Source of the DNA: Craspedostauros australis
Lineage: Eukaryota
Direction of reading: 5' to 3'
Length of the DNA stretch: 55,941 nt
NCBI GenBank assembly: GCA_030167865.1
Contig: JALAGF010001013.1
Span: 1-55,941, forward strand
The notes beneath the pieces are model-generated. The model saw only the letters and a list, made by a program, of their open reading frames with translations, ran no database searches and had not been told where the DNA came from. The stretch's first letter is position 1, and every line of letters begins with the position of its first letter. Both the position numbers and the translations under genes were made by a program. Positions 1 to 10,942 of the stretch are shown here, in pieces.

Positions 1-2497
1 GTCTTGAGGGTTGTGTAGGGTCCTCACATATAGGGCTATCGATGTGTGAAGTTTAAGAGGCAGCAATTTGGAATCATCGGGGAATATCCATCGATCCTGT
101 TGAACCCGGGTCATATACTGTGGCGAGACGCCGCTTTTTTATCGCTGCCATGCTTCGCCTCCTTCTCTCGCTTGCCTGTTTCATTTCATCTGGGCGGTCG
201 AAGTGAGCCTCCACTGCGCGCATAGATCTCTATGCGAAACCATGGAGTGCTCATATGTTAGTGCAATATTCTATAACACCTATTATGGCTCGCGCGCATG
301 TGCCAGGTATCGGCGCCATCGGCGAGGTATCAGGCACCACTTCCCAATGCCGGTCCTATTCTGTTCGTGGCGACTGACCAAGATAAAGAAGGTCATTTGT
401 GGCGTTTGGCGATTTGCCATTCCCCCAAACATCCCACAGAGACCACGTGTCTAGGCGGTTGCCATCCTGCTCAAAGAAGCTGTCGATCCAGCATTTCGGT
501 TGATAGCGCCCAGCCTCCTTGTTCTTTTCGAGGCAAACGTCCAGCGTCTCGTTGGCACAATTAGGCCTGTAGTGTTTGCATGACGATCAAGGAACATACC
601 CTGAACTTTCCTCTCCTGACATGACGTGGACCATACTTACTACTCTATACTTGTCTGAGATTGGCACCTGCCTGCCGGTCCTGGTGCGAGCTGCTGGTTT
701 CAGCAACCTTCTGGTGTCAACATCTTCCTTGAAGGAAAGGTGTGAGAAATCTGTTGGGTAATTGCTGTGTTCCTCCACTCACCTCTTCGTGGCCACGTGA
801 TCACTGCCACGCCATTAGAAATGTCAATTGTGATGGATGTCGCTGGTCTATTCGTAGCTTGGACCAACGAACGCCATTGAAGACTGACGAGACACGAGTG
901 TACAGTTTCTGTGCATCCAATGCGACGCGAAGAACACAGCGACGATAAGATGAAGAACTTCATCCCACGAGCGGAACCACGTCATGGCTTTTGGGGGTCC
1001 CTTCCATTCCTTTTTTGCACAAGCCGACTTCTTCTTCCCGCGAATGCGGTTCGGAGCGGCGAAGCAACAACCTCACAGCTTCCTGAAATCTAACACAAGA
1101 TCCACGACCAATGGGCATCGGACAGGAGGAGCATTTGAACACTACAATGCGCTCCGTCTCTCGAGTAGCTCTGGGCATTGTGGATGCCTTGTTGTGCATT
1201 GCATTGGTATGGGATGTAGAATAGTTCGCATGTGATGTCACCAAGCCTCAGTCTCTTCTTATCTCCGCACGAATACTCGGTGGGAACCAGTCGGCCAATA
1301 CTCTCTGCTTCGTTCGGCTCTGTTGCTGCGTTGCAACCGACCTTCTGCGCCTCGGCCAATCTCTACCAACGTACCGTACTCGTGCTGTACACGTCGGCAA
1401 TCTCCCGATTTGCTTTGCTGAATCGGTACCTGGCGCAAAAGACTTGCAAGTTGAAGCCCATCATGCACCATGTCGCCATGGCGACGACAGTTCGACCATC
1501 AACAGTGTTCATAGTTAACCATTTAGCTGTTCACGACAAAGTCAAGGTCCGGACTTCATAGCCGCAAGGAAGATCACATCGGTCCCATCGCTCCGAGGGA
1601 GTTGGGAAAAATGGGAATTCACATTCATAGCCTACTGGGCCCAACCTTTGCATTGGTGCTTGTGGCATGCACTAGTACCTGCGAGTGGAGTACGTAGGTC
1701 GACGCAAGCAAGCTGCCGACAATTGAACATTGAAGGTTCGAGACGACTCGCTCTACTAGCGCGATGGTTGTCTATTGGTGCCCATAGTGCAAGTGTACAT
1801 ACTACTACTCGGTACATAGAATAGATATCAGCTACCAATTGTCTTGAGAAGTCGGGAATGGATGCATTTCACGAACTCGCGATGTCCTCAGGTGATATCG
1901 GACAAACCACAAAGAGTCGGAGCAGCTTCGCGTTCGATTGGATCACTTTTGTTGGTTGCAGGCGAACAACATCAAATGACCTTGTGACCCTCTTGGTTTT
2001 ATCGCGCTGCTAAGCGTTTAAGTGCGGGCTGATGTCACTCGACCAAACACACCCAACGGTTTATCTCGTTCTCGCTCGTCATTTCCTGGTCCAAAAGGAA
2101 CAAACCAAACAAATAGTTTGCAAAAACCAACGCGGTCTCTGCCCTGTAGAAACAGGAGGACAAAGACACAACACCAACAACCAATCATGAGGCAACCACA
2201 CAACCACCAAGAGGGAACGAAACAAAGCAAGGACGAAGGCAAGGACGAAGGAAAGGAAAGCAACACAAAGCAAAACAAGGAGGGGTCACGTCAATCGCAG
2301 GAAAGATCACATAAAACCAAAAAGAAGGACAACACTCCGCTCCGTCATAAAAACAGAGCTACAACAACGAAACTCATCCCTCCCATCATCACACAAACAC
2401 ACAAACACACAAGTCAACAATCAAACCACGAGCCAACCAACCAATCAACCAAAGACAAGGCAACAGCAACCACAGCAACCACAGCAACAACGTCAAC

Positions 2498-4096
2498 ATG
2501 AACATGAACACAATCAAGCAGAACACGATGGTGCAGCGCCAGCGCCGGAACCAAATCAGACCAGCTACGAAAATAGCAAAGACGACGATGACAACAACAT
2601 CTATCGTGGACAGCATCGGGCTTCTGGCGAACTTCACTGGAGCGACAACAGAGAAACAGGCAGAAGCCGCACTGACGCCAGGGTCGATGCCCACCGTGCC
2701 ACTGACCACCATCTTCGATCCGTTCATGGACGGTTTGGGTGCCAACGAGGATCTATCCGCAACCGCGCCCAATCTCTTCGGCCTTCCAGAGCTGGCACCC
2801 TCACCAGATGCGTCGCCTGCGGAGACGATGCCGATGCTGCTCTCGATGGTAGAGCAGATCGTTGATTGCAACGAAGTCTCTTTCGATCCCACGCCCATCG
2901 GACCCGGCGGGATCAAGGAAGTCGTGGAACAGATCGACCTCTCGCAGAGCTTCCTCGACACGGACATGGCGCTGGCAGAGTGCTTGAGTCCATTGCTCAT
3001 CCCATCCAATGGCTTCGACGACAGCGCCCTCGTGAGCATGTCGATGTTCGACACCATTGCCTTTGCCAGGAACAACGTCGTCAGCGACATCAACGGAAAA
3101 CGTAAGAGAGAGCACGATGCTCCCGCTAGTCACAACACCCGATGCTACGAAGACAACTGCAACAGCAGTACCGGGCAAGGCAACAGCCTCATCTACGGAA
3201 CCGATAGCGCCCTATCGCCACACTCGCAAATCGCGGTCAGCAAACGGACACGTCGATGCAACGATAAAGTCTTCGAGTCGCCCAAGATGAACAGCATCTC
3301 GCCCATGGTGAAAGCCGAGTCCCGCGCCATCAGCTCGAATGTCAGCTGCAGCAGCCAAGACATCTCGGATTCGTCCAGCCTGTTCTCGACAATGTCGCCC
3401 GCAATCGGCGCCCATCATTTGATTTGCTCGCAAGTCCCGCCCCCACTGTCGTCTTCGGCACCCAACGTGCCGAGCATCGGCAGCACGAGCGCAAGCGTAA
3501 GCGTAAGCTGCGACGAAGTCCAAGGCGAAGGCGACGTTAACAGAAGACCAACCATCAAGACAGGCGGCAAGGGGGCCACCAAAGAGGACCCGTCCAAGGA
3601 TGTCACCTTCCGACAATACCAGGCCGATCTCTGGTGCGATCGCTTCCAGGAACTGCTCAACTTTCGCATGGAACAAGGTCACTGCCTTGTCCCTCACGCA
3701 TGGGGGCCAAATCCAGCTCTCGCACAGTGGGTCAAGCGCCAGCGTTACCAGCGCAAGCTGAAGCGCGAGGGCAAGCGTACCACCATGACAGACGAACGCG
3801 AGTGCGCTCTCGAGAGGCTGAACTTCGTCTGGGACTCTCATGCGGCCATCTGGGAGGAGCGTCTCAACGCTCTCACCATCTACAAGCAGAACCAAGGCGA
3901 CTGCAACGTGCCATGCAACTACGAGCACGACCAGGCGCTTGCTATCTGGGTCAAGTGTCAACGGCGCCAGTACAAGCTCTTCAAGTGCGGCAAGCGGTCT
4001 ACGCTGACGAAAGAAAGGCTGGAGAAGCTCAACAGGCTTGACTTTGCGTGGAATCCCCGCAAGCTGAACACATACTGCCACCGATCCAAGAGGTAA
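2498..4096 (+). CDS. Helicase-associated (HA) domain protein, two C-terminal HA repeats, no helicase core
   Basis: 532-aa ATG-started ORF. It has two repeats of the HA pattern (WCDRFQELLNFRMEQGHCLVP..NPALAQWVKRQR and WEERLNALTIYKQNQGDCNVP..QALAIWVKCQR), each ending LERLNFVW / LNRLDFAW. The N-terminus is acidic and low-complexity, with a KRKR motif. Confidence 0.88.
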   Translation: MNMNTIKQNTMVQRQRRNQIRPATKIAKTTMTTTSIVDSIGLLANFTGATTEKQAEAALTPGSMPTVPLTTIFDPFMDGLGANEDLSATAPNLFGLPELAPSPDASPAETMPMLLSMVEQIVDCNEVSFDPTPIGPGGIKEVVEQIDLSQSFLDTDMALAECLSPLLIPSNGFDDSALVSMSMFDTIAFARNNVVSDINGKRKREHDAPASHNTRCYEDNCNSSTGQGNSLIYGTDSALSPHSQIAVSKRTRRCNDKVFESPKMNSISPMVKAESRAISSNVSCSSQDISDSSSLFSTMSPAIGAHHLICSQVPPPLSSSAPNVPSIGSTSASVSVSCDEVQGEGDVNRRPTIKTGGKGATKEDPSKDVTFRQYQADLWCDRFQELLNFRMEQGHCLVPHAWGPNPALAQWVKRQRYQRKLKREGKRTTMTDERECALERLNFVWDSHAAIWEERLNALTIYKQNQGDCNVPCNYEHDQALAIWVKCQRRQYKLFKCGKRSTLTKERLEKLNRLDFAWNPRKLNTYCHRSKR

Positions 4097-5205
4097 ACAC
4101 TCCCCATGGGGCGCCAACATAAGATAAGAGAAATAGTAGCACGGATACATTGGAATGTATACTCCTGAGAACAGCAGAACGCAGCGTTCAGCATAGCACA
4201 GAATAGCACGATTGGGAGTAGTACTGACATTACCGTCGTGAGAGATCAGCATGCCCGCAGAGCAGTTTGACAGGAGAGCAGTGTACTTCACATGCACACG
4301 CACTCTCTCGAGCTTAGAGGGCGCTCGACTCCATAGGAGACAAATCCATCTCTCTCACCACGTCGCGCGCAGGACATAATGGATTGCTCTACTCGTACAA
4401 TGCTCGTGCATCTTGAATGGGAGCACTTCACGATACCATATGTATTGAACATGCATATGGTTAGCGAGACGAGTCCGATTCTGCACGATGCTGTCAGCAG
4501 AAGTACACAAGAGTGCGGCTCCACCCGTGTCATAACTGTAATCGTATGTACGTCCAGTACTTGTTTGCGACAAATCGATTTCATCCAACCTGCGTCGGAT
4601 CGTGCACACAGCAACATCGCCTCTCGTTTTTACATTGATTTTGAAGTGTACCAACAGGCTGGTGAGACTATTAGCATCGGTCTCGGTCGTGCCATTTGCT
4701 GCAGAGCAACGCAGATGACCGCAAGCGTCACGAAAGCGCCTAGGAAGACGCTGGAGGAATAATACTCGTCCGGCTGCATCAAACCTCGTGGCCGAGCACG
4801 TGACTCGCCATAGTAGGCTCAGAGCGGCTGGCACGATACTCGTATCCGTAGGTCTGGTCAAGTCCATCAGCGGACGATGTCTCTTCACTCATGTCTTGGC
4901 TCCTATTGGTATTAGCTATGGTACACACAATGACCCCTGTGAGGATCATAAAAGCGCTCCTCTCACGAGCTACAGAGTGGAACAACCGCCTCTCGACACC
5001 CGTGGCCGCACAGTCTCAGTACGGGCATCGGTACTGACATCAGCAGCGACACGAAGAAGAACGAACTGATCACGACAGTTGCATTGGTAGCTGCGAGGCA
5101 GAAGGAATCACATCGTGCGATCTCTGACATGACCCTGCCCTTGGATTTCAAAGTGTCTGAAACCCGAAGGCAACAATAGGAGTGCTGCCGTTGTGTATGT
5201 ACGCA

Positions 5206-5456
5206 TATCATACGTACGTACCACACGTACCTACCATACGTAAGTACCATACGTAAGTACCATACGTAAGTACCAGCCGTAAGTACCATACGTAAGTACC
5301 AGCCGTAAGTACCATACGTAAGTACCAGCCGTAAGTACCACACGAAAGTACCATACGTAAGTACCAGCCGTAAGTACCAGCCGTAAGTACCATACGTAAG
5401 TACCAGCCGTAAGTACCACATGTACGTACCACATGTACGTACCACATGTACGTACC
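5206..5456. repeat. 13-bp minisatellite, about 19 units (TACCATACGTAAG / TACCAGCCGTAAG / TACCACATGTACG variants)
   Basis: Read directly. Units start at 5206 and recur every 13 nt to 5452. From 5232 the order is A A A B A B A B C A B B A B D D D. Confidence 0.95.
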
Positions 5457-5776
5457 ATGTGTGCATTTGCAGAGGCCGTTTACCACTTGTTCGCGCATGA
5501 ATAGCCACAGAGTGATGGAAAAGCTGATCGTCACGCGTGGTAATTCACGTCGCGGCTCCCCCTGGTCCATCCTGTCGCGCTTGAGGCACAAATCCGCCAA
5601 CACCATGTCACGCCAGTGGTGGACTATTCTAATGGAGAGTGCTTCGCCTGTCATGTTTACGGTGGCCTGGGACATAGTGACGTCCGTTTGTGAGCTCCCT
5701 GGTCATGTACGTGCTGGGTGGCAGGGACCGTATCTTCCTTGCTGCTCTTTTCGGCTCACGTCTTCTTCGCCTTTGC

Positions 5777-5813
5777 CTCTCTCTCTCTCTCTCTCTTTCA
5801 AGAGAGAGAGAGA
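5777..5813. repeat. (CT)10-TTCA-(AG)6 inverted microsatellite
   Basis: Read directly. The two tracts are reverse complements around a 4-nt loop. Confidence 0.85.
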
Positions 5814-8800
5814 TATTCGTCCGTGTGCGTATGTGCCTTTGTCGAAACGACAAACGTGGTCGCCTGACGCCAACTATTATACGACTGCCTACCAGCATTC
5901 CCACATGTATGGTACAAGTACGAGTAGACAAGATTAGGCTCGAGTATGTCACCAAGTACGGGACGAAAGGCTCACAGAACGACCAAGCTGCTGCGGAGAG
6001 GGGAAGACAAATGCTCTAACCTGCGATACGCTAATACCTACAAAATTCGGGTTGCAGATCTGCGAATTGACAGCGCTGTTTTCATCTTCTGGTGGCGGTA
6101 TATGGTATAATACATTCGTGGCCGGCTACGAAACGCTGATCAAAGTCGAACGCGTCAACAAACTCGCAGAAGCTATGTCCTCTTTGTCATGTCTGGTCTT
6201 GGATGTTGTGGGACGACGCGCCACATCACACCTGTTGGCGGCACACAGCGATGAAAGCAATAACAATAGCTGAGAGTGCTTCACTTGCATCCTGTGCTTC
6301 GAGTGTGCACTCGCATGGTGCCATGCGGCGACCCACACCGCCCATGTTCGCCTGACGCTCCCTGTGACCTCTGTGTCGATGTCGTCGTCTCTGGTCTTTG
6401 ATCTTCAGTTACTCTGCCGAAGAGTGTCGGCGACATGATCATGAAAAATTGGTCGTCGTCTTCACGGCGGAAGGAGGCCTATTTCCCCCAGTCATGTCCA
6501 ATTCTGTCGAACCTTCTCATCATTCAGTACGCCGTCGTTGGATCAGTCTGTGACCCGAAACGACCACGTTGCAGCCACGTGCGAAGAGATGTAAAATCGG
6601 TGCCACCGCATTTGCCATCACATTTGTCCCGGCGACACCACCACAAATCAAACTCGTGAAGCTCCTCGGATGCCAGGAGAACCAGAAGATGAACATGAAC
6701 AGAGGCAGAGAGAGAGAGAGAGAGGGCAACTGATTCCTCGAATCCGCTGGAATTGAAACCAAAGAGAATATGCAGCCGAACGGGAGCCTCCGATGAACGT
6801 GTGAAGTGAAGAGACCTATATACCGTGATGTGAAGATTGGACCGAGCGCGTCGATGCTGTTCCTGTTGTTGCTGTGTTTGGATGTATCTACGAGCTACTG
6901 GTCAGTATCTTGCCTGCCAGCTAGCAGATTACAGTATCTCTCTCCTCTTCCTCTCTCTCTCTCGCAGCTCCATGCGACTGTTGCGTTGCCGTGTCGTGCC
7001 CCTTCGGAAGTTGTCCCGCGCATGAAAGCCAAGAGAGTGATCGTGGAGAACAGCCAGATGTGTTCCTCAAACCACCCAGGTGTCCTTTCCACAGTACCTT
7101 CCATTGAAAAACGACGAACGGTGTGATAAAACTCCTCTGTCCTCGGCCTGGGCGGTGGAGGCCAGATACCTCCGCGCCAGGAAGGGATGAACGTAAGAGT
7201 AAACTTCTTTTGTCCTGTTCGCGTGTGTGGCATCATCCGAAAGTGTAGTCCTTGAGGGTATTGATCTATTGGCGTATGAGAAAAGTACTGCGCCAACCCG
7301 GTCGCGCCACACGGACATACAATCACCCGTATCTGGTCGGCTGCACCAACAGTTTGGATCGTGGGACATGACGAACCCATTCTCACGAGAAGTGTAGCGT
7401 GATGGACTTGAATGGCAACATGCGAATGCCCCTGGCGGGATCCATACTCTCATTGCATGAGCGATGAGTGCGTGAAGACAGGAGCGGTTCCAAACAACTA
7501 CACACCATGCTTGATGTCACACAATCCCGAAACTTTCTCGGAGGCGCCTGCTCAAGGTTGTCCTCCTCAAAGCGGCGCTACAACGTGCGAATACTAATCG
7601 TAGCGCGCACACGTGGAGAATCTCACGTCCAACATGGAGCACTTCTCCTCTCCTCTATCCTGCCCCCACTCATCTCCACTCTATTGTTGTTGCGGTACCT
7701 ACGGCGGACAGGTGCGAATGTGTTCTGGAGTGTTTATTTCTCATAGTCGCGGATCTTCATTCCCGAAGGTCTCCTTGCGTATCACGATCAATTGGCTTGC
7801 CGTGTTGGGAGGGGTTGATGATGGTGCGTCTTTGTTCTATACACGGTGACCAGATCACAAGTCCGCGTCCGTGGTTGTTGTGTTCGCCGGATCCCGTGGC
7901 ACGGCGTCATTTGTTGTCAGAGTGAACAGGCAGACGTGACAGCAGACGTTTGTGCCTCCGATCCAGTCGTGTCGAACGGTTTCCCTCCACACGCAGGCAA
8001 GGGATCAGAAAGTGAAATGGTTGCGAACGATTCGCGGAAACCGATCATGGCTAGCGTCATGTGGTATCTTATAACAGTACGAGCGTCATCGTCGCGGCAA
8101 GTCTTTGTTCGTTGGTCAGCAAGGACGCCACTACTGTGTTGATCACGCTCTCTCGAGAGGATGGGATGGTGCTCTGTTTCGTTGCGCGCGAGGTTGCGAT
8201 TTCATTTCTTACAGCCACGATTGAATACACGTACATACATACAGACGAAATACATGGTGTTTATAATATGCGGCGAAACAGGAGTTCGCGGAGAATAGGA
8301 CACGAAGTTCCCCCGATGTTACCGGATTGAATGGTCGCAAAACAAGGAGTAGAGCTATCCCGCCTTGTTCTTTGTCCTGCAAAATGGTGTCAACTGTAGT
8401 CTCGACACCTGCTTCACTATTTCCGAGTTCTTGTGACAGTGTCCCAGTGTGTGAGGGTCCCGAGATGTCGGCAAACAAATATGCACTCAAGCAGAACGCC
8501 ATACCAACCAAACGGAGAAACGCTTCATTCTTCGGCCGCGAGGAGTACTCGGCCGCTTCCATGAAGCGCTTCCAGAATTTACTCTTGGTTGTGTCTGTTG
8601 TGTGAAGCTTGTCCTCACACGACCATGGGGCTGGAGACCGAGAGCCTCCAACCATTGACACAGCAGCACCGTGTGCTAGCCGAGAAGCGATTCGAAACAG
8701 ACCAGCAAAAACAGAAGCAAGACAAGCATCACAAACAGCAGAAGCACCACAAATAACAATACCATCATCAGCCATAGCCGTGCCATCACTCGAGGAGCGC

Positions 8801-8875
8801 CCCCAGACAATCAGAAGCTGCATTTCACTCTGGAGAGAGAAGTATACTTGAGCACAAGTCGACAACGCAAGAATC

Positions 8876-9625
8876 ATGGCTCCACGACAACGCACGAAGG
8901 GCTACCCCCGCCCGGCCTCGGCCAAGACCGATGGCAGCCTGCGGTTCGAATCCTTCGACACGGCGACCGAATCGATCTCCAACTCCAACTCCACATCGAC
9001 CCTCCAGCCGCGCAGCAGCGTGCGATTCCGCAACATCCCCATGTCGCGCAGCACGCTGCGGCGTTGCGATTACACGCCAGAGGAAATCCGGGCCACGTGG
9101 TTCTCAAGGCGCGAGCTGCGGGACATGGTACCGGATCTCAAGGAACTGAAGCAAATCGCACGATGCTGTTCCGCCGACGACTGCATCCGCGGGTTGGAGC
9201 ATCAGACGAAGAAGGGGATCAAGCTGCGCCGCAGCGTCTGGGTGATCTCGGGCATCGCGGTGATGGATGAGCAGGATTATCAACGCGAGGACGGAATCCG
9301 CGACGATGAAGCGCTGGCGCAAGCGTATTCGGACTACACGCAGATCCATCAGAAGGCAGCACATTGGATTGGCCTGACTGATGAGGCCTACGTGCGAGCT
9401 CATGTGTGCGAGGAGTCGACGGAGATGTCGATCCCGCCACTTGAGAAGAGCGTGGTTCGTGGATGTGAGAAACTGAAGTGTTTTTGTCAGTGTCACGTAT
9501 CAGAACCCAATCACGATTGCGCAGATAGCGACGGCCAAAGGAGGAGAATAAACCTATTCAAAGGATTGGGACTTGGACAGCGACAACAGTCAAGGCGGAA
9601 GCAGAAGCAGAGCTCGAAACAATAA
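8876..9625 (+). CDS. Uncharacterised diatom-type protein (VxF..Y.xEE..W..RRE..CxRGLE..V.DEQ..Q pattern)
   Basis: 249-aa ORF with GC3-biased codons. Motifs SVRF, DYTPEEIRATWFSRREL, CIRGLEH, VMDEQDYQREDG and LAQAY..A..GLTDE match a family of hypothetical proteins I recall from diatoms. Confidence 0.78.
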   Translation: MAPRQRTKGYPRPASAKTDGSLRFESFDTATESISNSNSTSTLQPRSSVRFRNIPMSRSTLRRCDYTPEEIRATWFSRRELRDMVPDLKELKQIARCCSADDCIRGLEHQTKKGIKLRRSVWVISGIAVMDEQDYQREDGIRDDEALAQAYSDYTQIHQKAAHWIGLTDEAYVRAHVCEESTEMSIPPLEKSVVRGCEKLKCFCQCHVSEPNHDCADSDGQRRRINLFKGLGLGQRQQSRRKQKQSSKQ

Positions 9626-9883
9626 TAGAAAGCAGCAGCAGCAGCAGCGCCACAACAACAGGAATTAAGATGACACATGGTTGGACCGGGGAGATGAAGG
9701 AATCACGGTGCAGCTCGACACAGCCCAACTTCATTCATCTTCGTCAGCCTGTGCAGTGTTCATGGCTCGTACGGAATGCTTCGTCAGCCTGATGCAACAG
9801 GAGACCAGTATGCTCGTGACAGAATACATAATATAAGAGAATGGCTGAGTACTCTTACAGTATATTATCTGATTGTCACCCAC

Positions 9884-10942
9884 TCAGTATTTCTTGAGCG
9901 GATCAAAGACCTTGATGTGCCGTTTCAGACTGAGTTCGATGGTGGAGCCTTTCATGAGCATGATGTTGCCTGGTTTCCGATGAAGCTCGTGCAGCTTGGG
10001 CAGGTGCTCCGACAGGACGAGTTCCAATGGTGACTTGACCTTCATTTTTCCAGATCGGACCGTTCCGACGTGTATGTTCGTTGTCGTTTCGGGCGTCGAA
10101 GATGAGACTCTGCCTGCGTTGCCGTTTGCGCTGTTGCCATTTGCGCTGTTGCCATTGCCATTCCTGCTGCTGCTACCACTGCTGCTGACACTGAGCTTGG
10201 TGGACAGCGAGTTTTGGATCTTGATGTTCCATCGGAAGGAACGCTTATCCAACGTCGCCATGGTGGTGATGAAGGCCTTCTCCGGGTTGAACTGGTACTC
10301 CCCCACCTCCGGACCGATCTTGAGATTGAGCAGCGCCCATTCGCCGGACAGATCCCCCTCGCTGCGGAAGGACCGCGTGAGGATGGTGGGCAGCCGATCG
10401 GGCATCGCGACCTGCACCGTCGCCTTGCCGCTGACATGCAAGCACGGAACGCGCAGGCATCGCTGCACCCCGTTGTTGGGCGGCGGCAACGAGAAGGCCA
10501 TGCCCAAGCACTGGCCGTTCATGTAGACGTAGACCTGCGTTCCCTCCGGCTGCGCCACGCAGTAGATGCCGACGGTGTGGCCCTGCTTGACGGCCTCGCC
10601 GAAGTAGGTCTGCAGCGCGGCGCTGCCGTTCGTGAGGTTGCCGTTGTAGAACATACCCTTCGTTCTCCAGCCCGGCAGCACCTCCTGCGGCTGCACCAGA
10701 CCGACGGCCAAGTGGCCCTCGAGCGAGGTGACCTGGGCCTCGAAGTAGCACGTGGGATGCGTGGCTGGTTCCGCGTCCTCGTCGTCCAGGCGGTAGTAGA
10801 CGCTGTACGGCGTCCCCCTCGAGGCGGAGGAGAACTGGACCTTGGTGGACGTCGCGTCGTCCTCGCTCTTGGTGGTCGTCATCGTCCCACCCTCAGGGCC
10901 GTCGCCCGTCCACGATCCGATGCGGTTGAAGTAGTGATTCAT
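9884..10942 (-). CDS. SPRY/B30.2-like domain protein with C-terminal META/HslJ-like domain
   Basis: 352-aa ORF. SPRY-like strands: CYFEAQV, LAVGLV, LPGW, YFGEAVKQGHTVGIY, YMNGQCLGMAF, VPCLHV. C-terminal GEWALL..IKIQNSL..VRSGKM..LELVLSEHL resembles META. Confidence 0.75.
   Translation of the reverse strand: MNHYFNRIGSWTGDGPEGGTMTTTKSEDDATSTKVQFSSASRGTPYSVYYRLDDEDAEPATHPTCYFEAQVTSLEGHLAVGLVQPQEVLPGWRTKGMFYNGNLTNGSAALQTYFGEAVKQGHTVGIYCVAQPEGTQVYVYMNGQCLGMAFSLPPPNNGVQRCLRVPCLHVSGKATVQVAMPDRLPTILTRSFRSEGDLSGEWALLNLKIGPEVGEYQFNPEKAFITTMATLDKRSFRWNIKIQNSLSTKLSVSSSGSSSRNGNGNSANGNSANGNAGRVSSSTPETTTNIHVGTVRSGKMKVKSPLELVLSEHLPKLHELHRKPGNIMLMKGSTIELSLKRHIKVFDPLKKY

Noticed and set aside
298..564. Short ORF containing ILFVATDQDKEG, reminiscent of the topoisomerase IA TOPRIM ATDxDREG motif
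   Set aside because: Only 88 aa, bounded by stops, with no other TOPRIM/TopA motifs nearby. Most likely chance.
700..1560. Minus-strand frame with few stops linking ORFs 1090-1359 and 700-963 (possible pseudogene)
   Set aside because: No recognisable family or TE motif and no coding-like codon bias that I can verify.
2022..2501. K/Q/T/N-rich ORFs upstream of genes (also 19179-19547, 35674-36192)
   Set aside because: Explained by A/C-rich leader composition, which lacks T and therefore stop codons.
5206..5456. CRISPR-like appearance and the repetitive WYLR/VLTYG ORFs over the minisatellite
   Set aside because: Units are contiguous with no unique spacers, there are no cas genes, and the context is eukaryotic. 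The ORFs are translations of the repeat.
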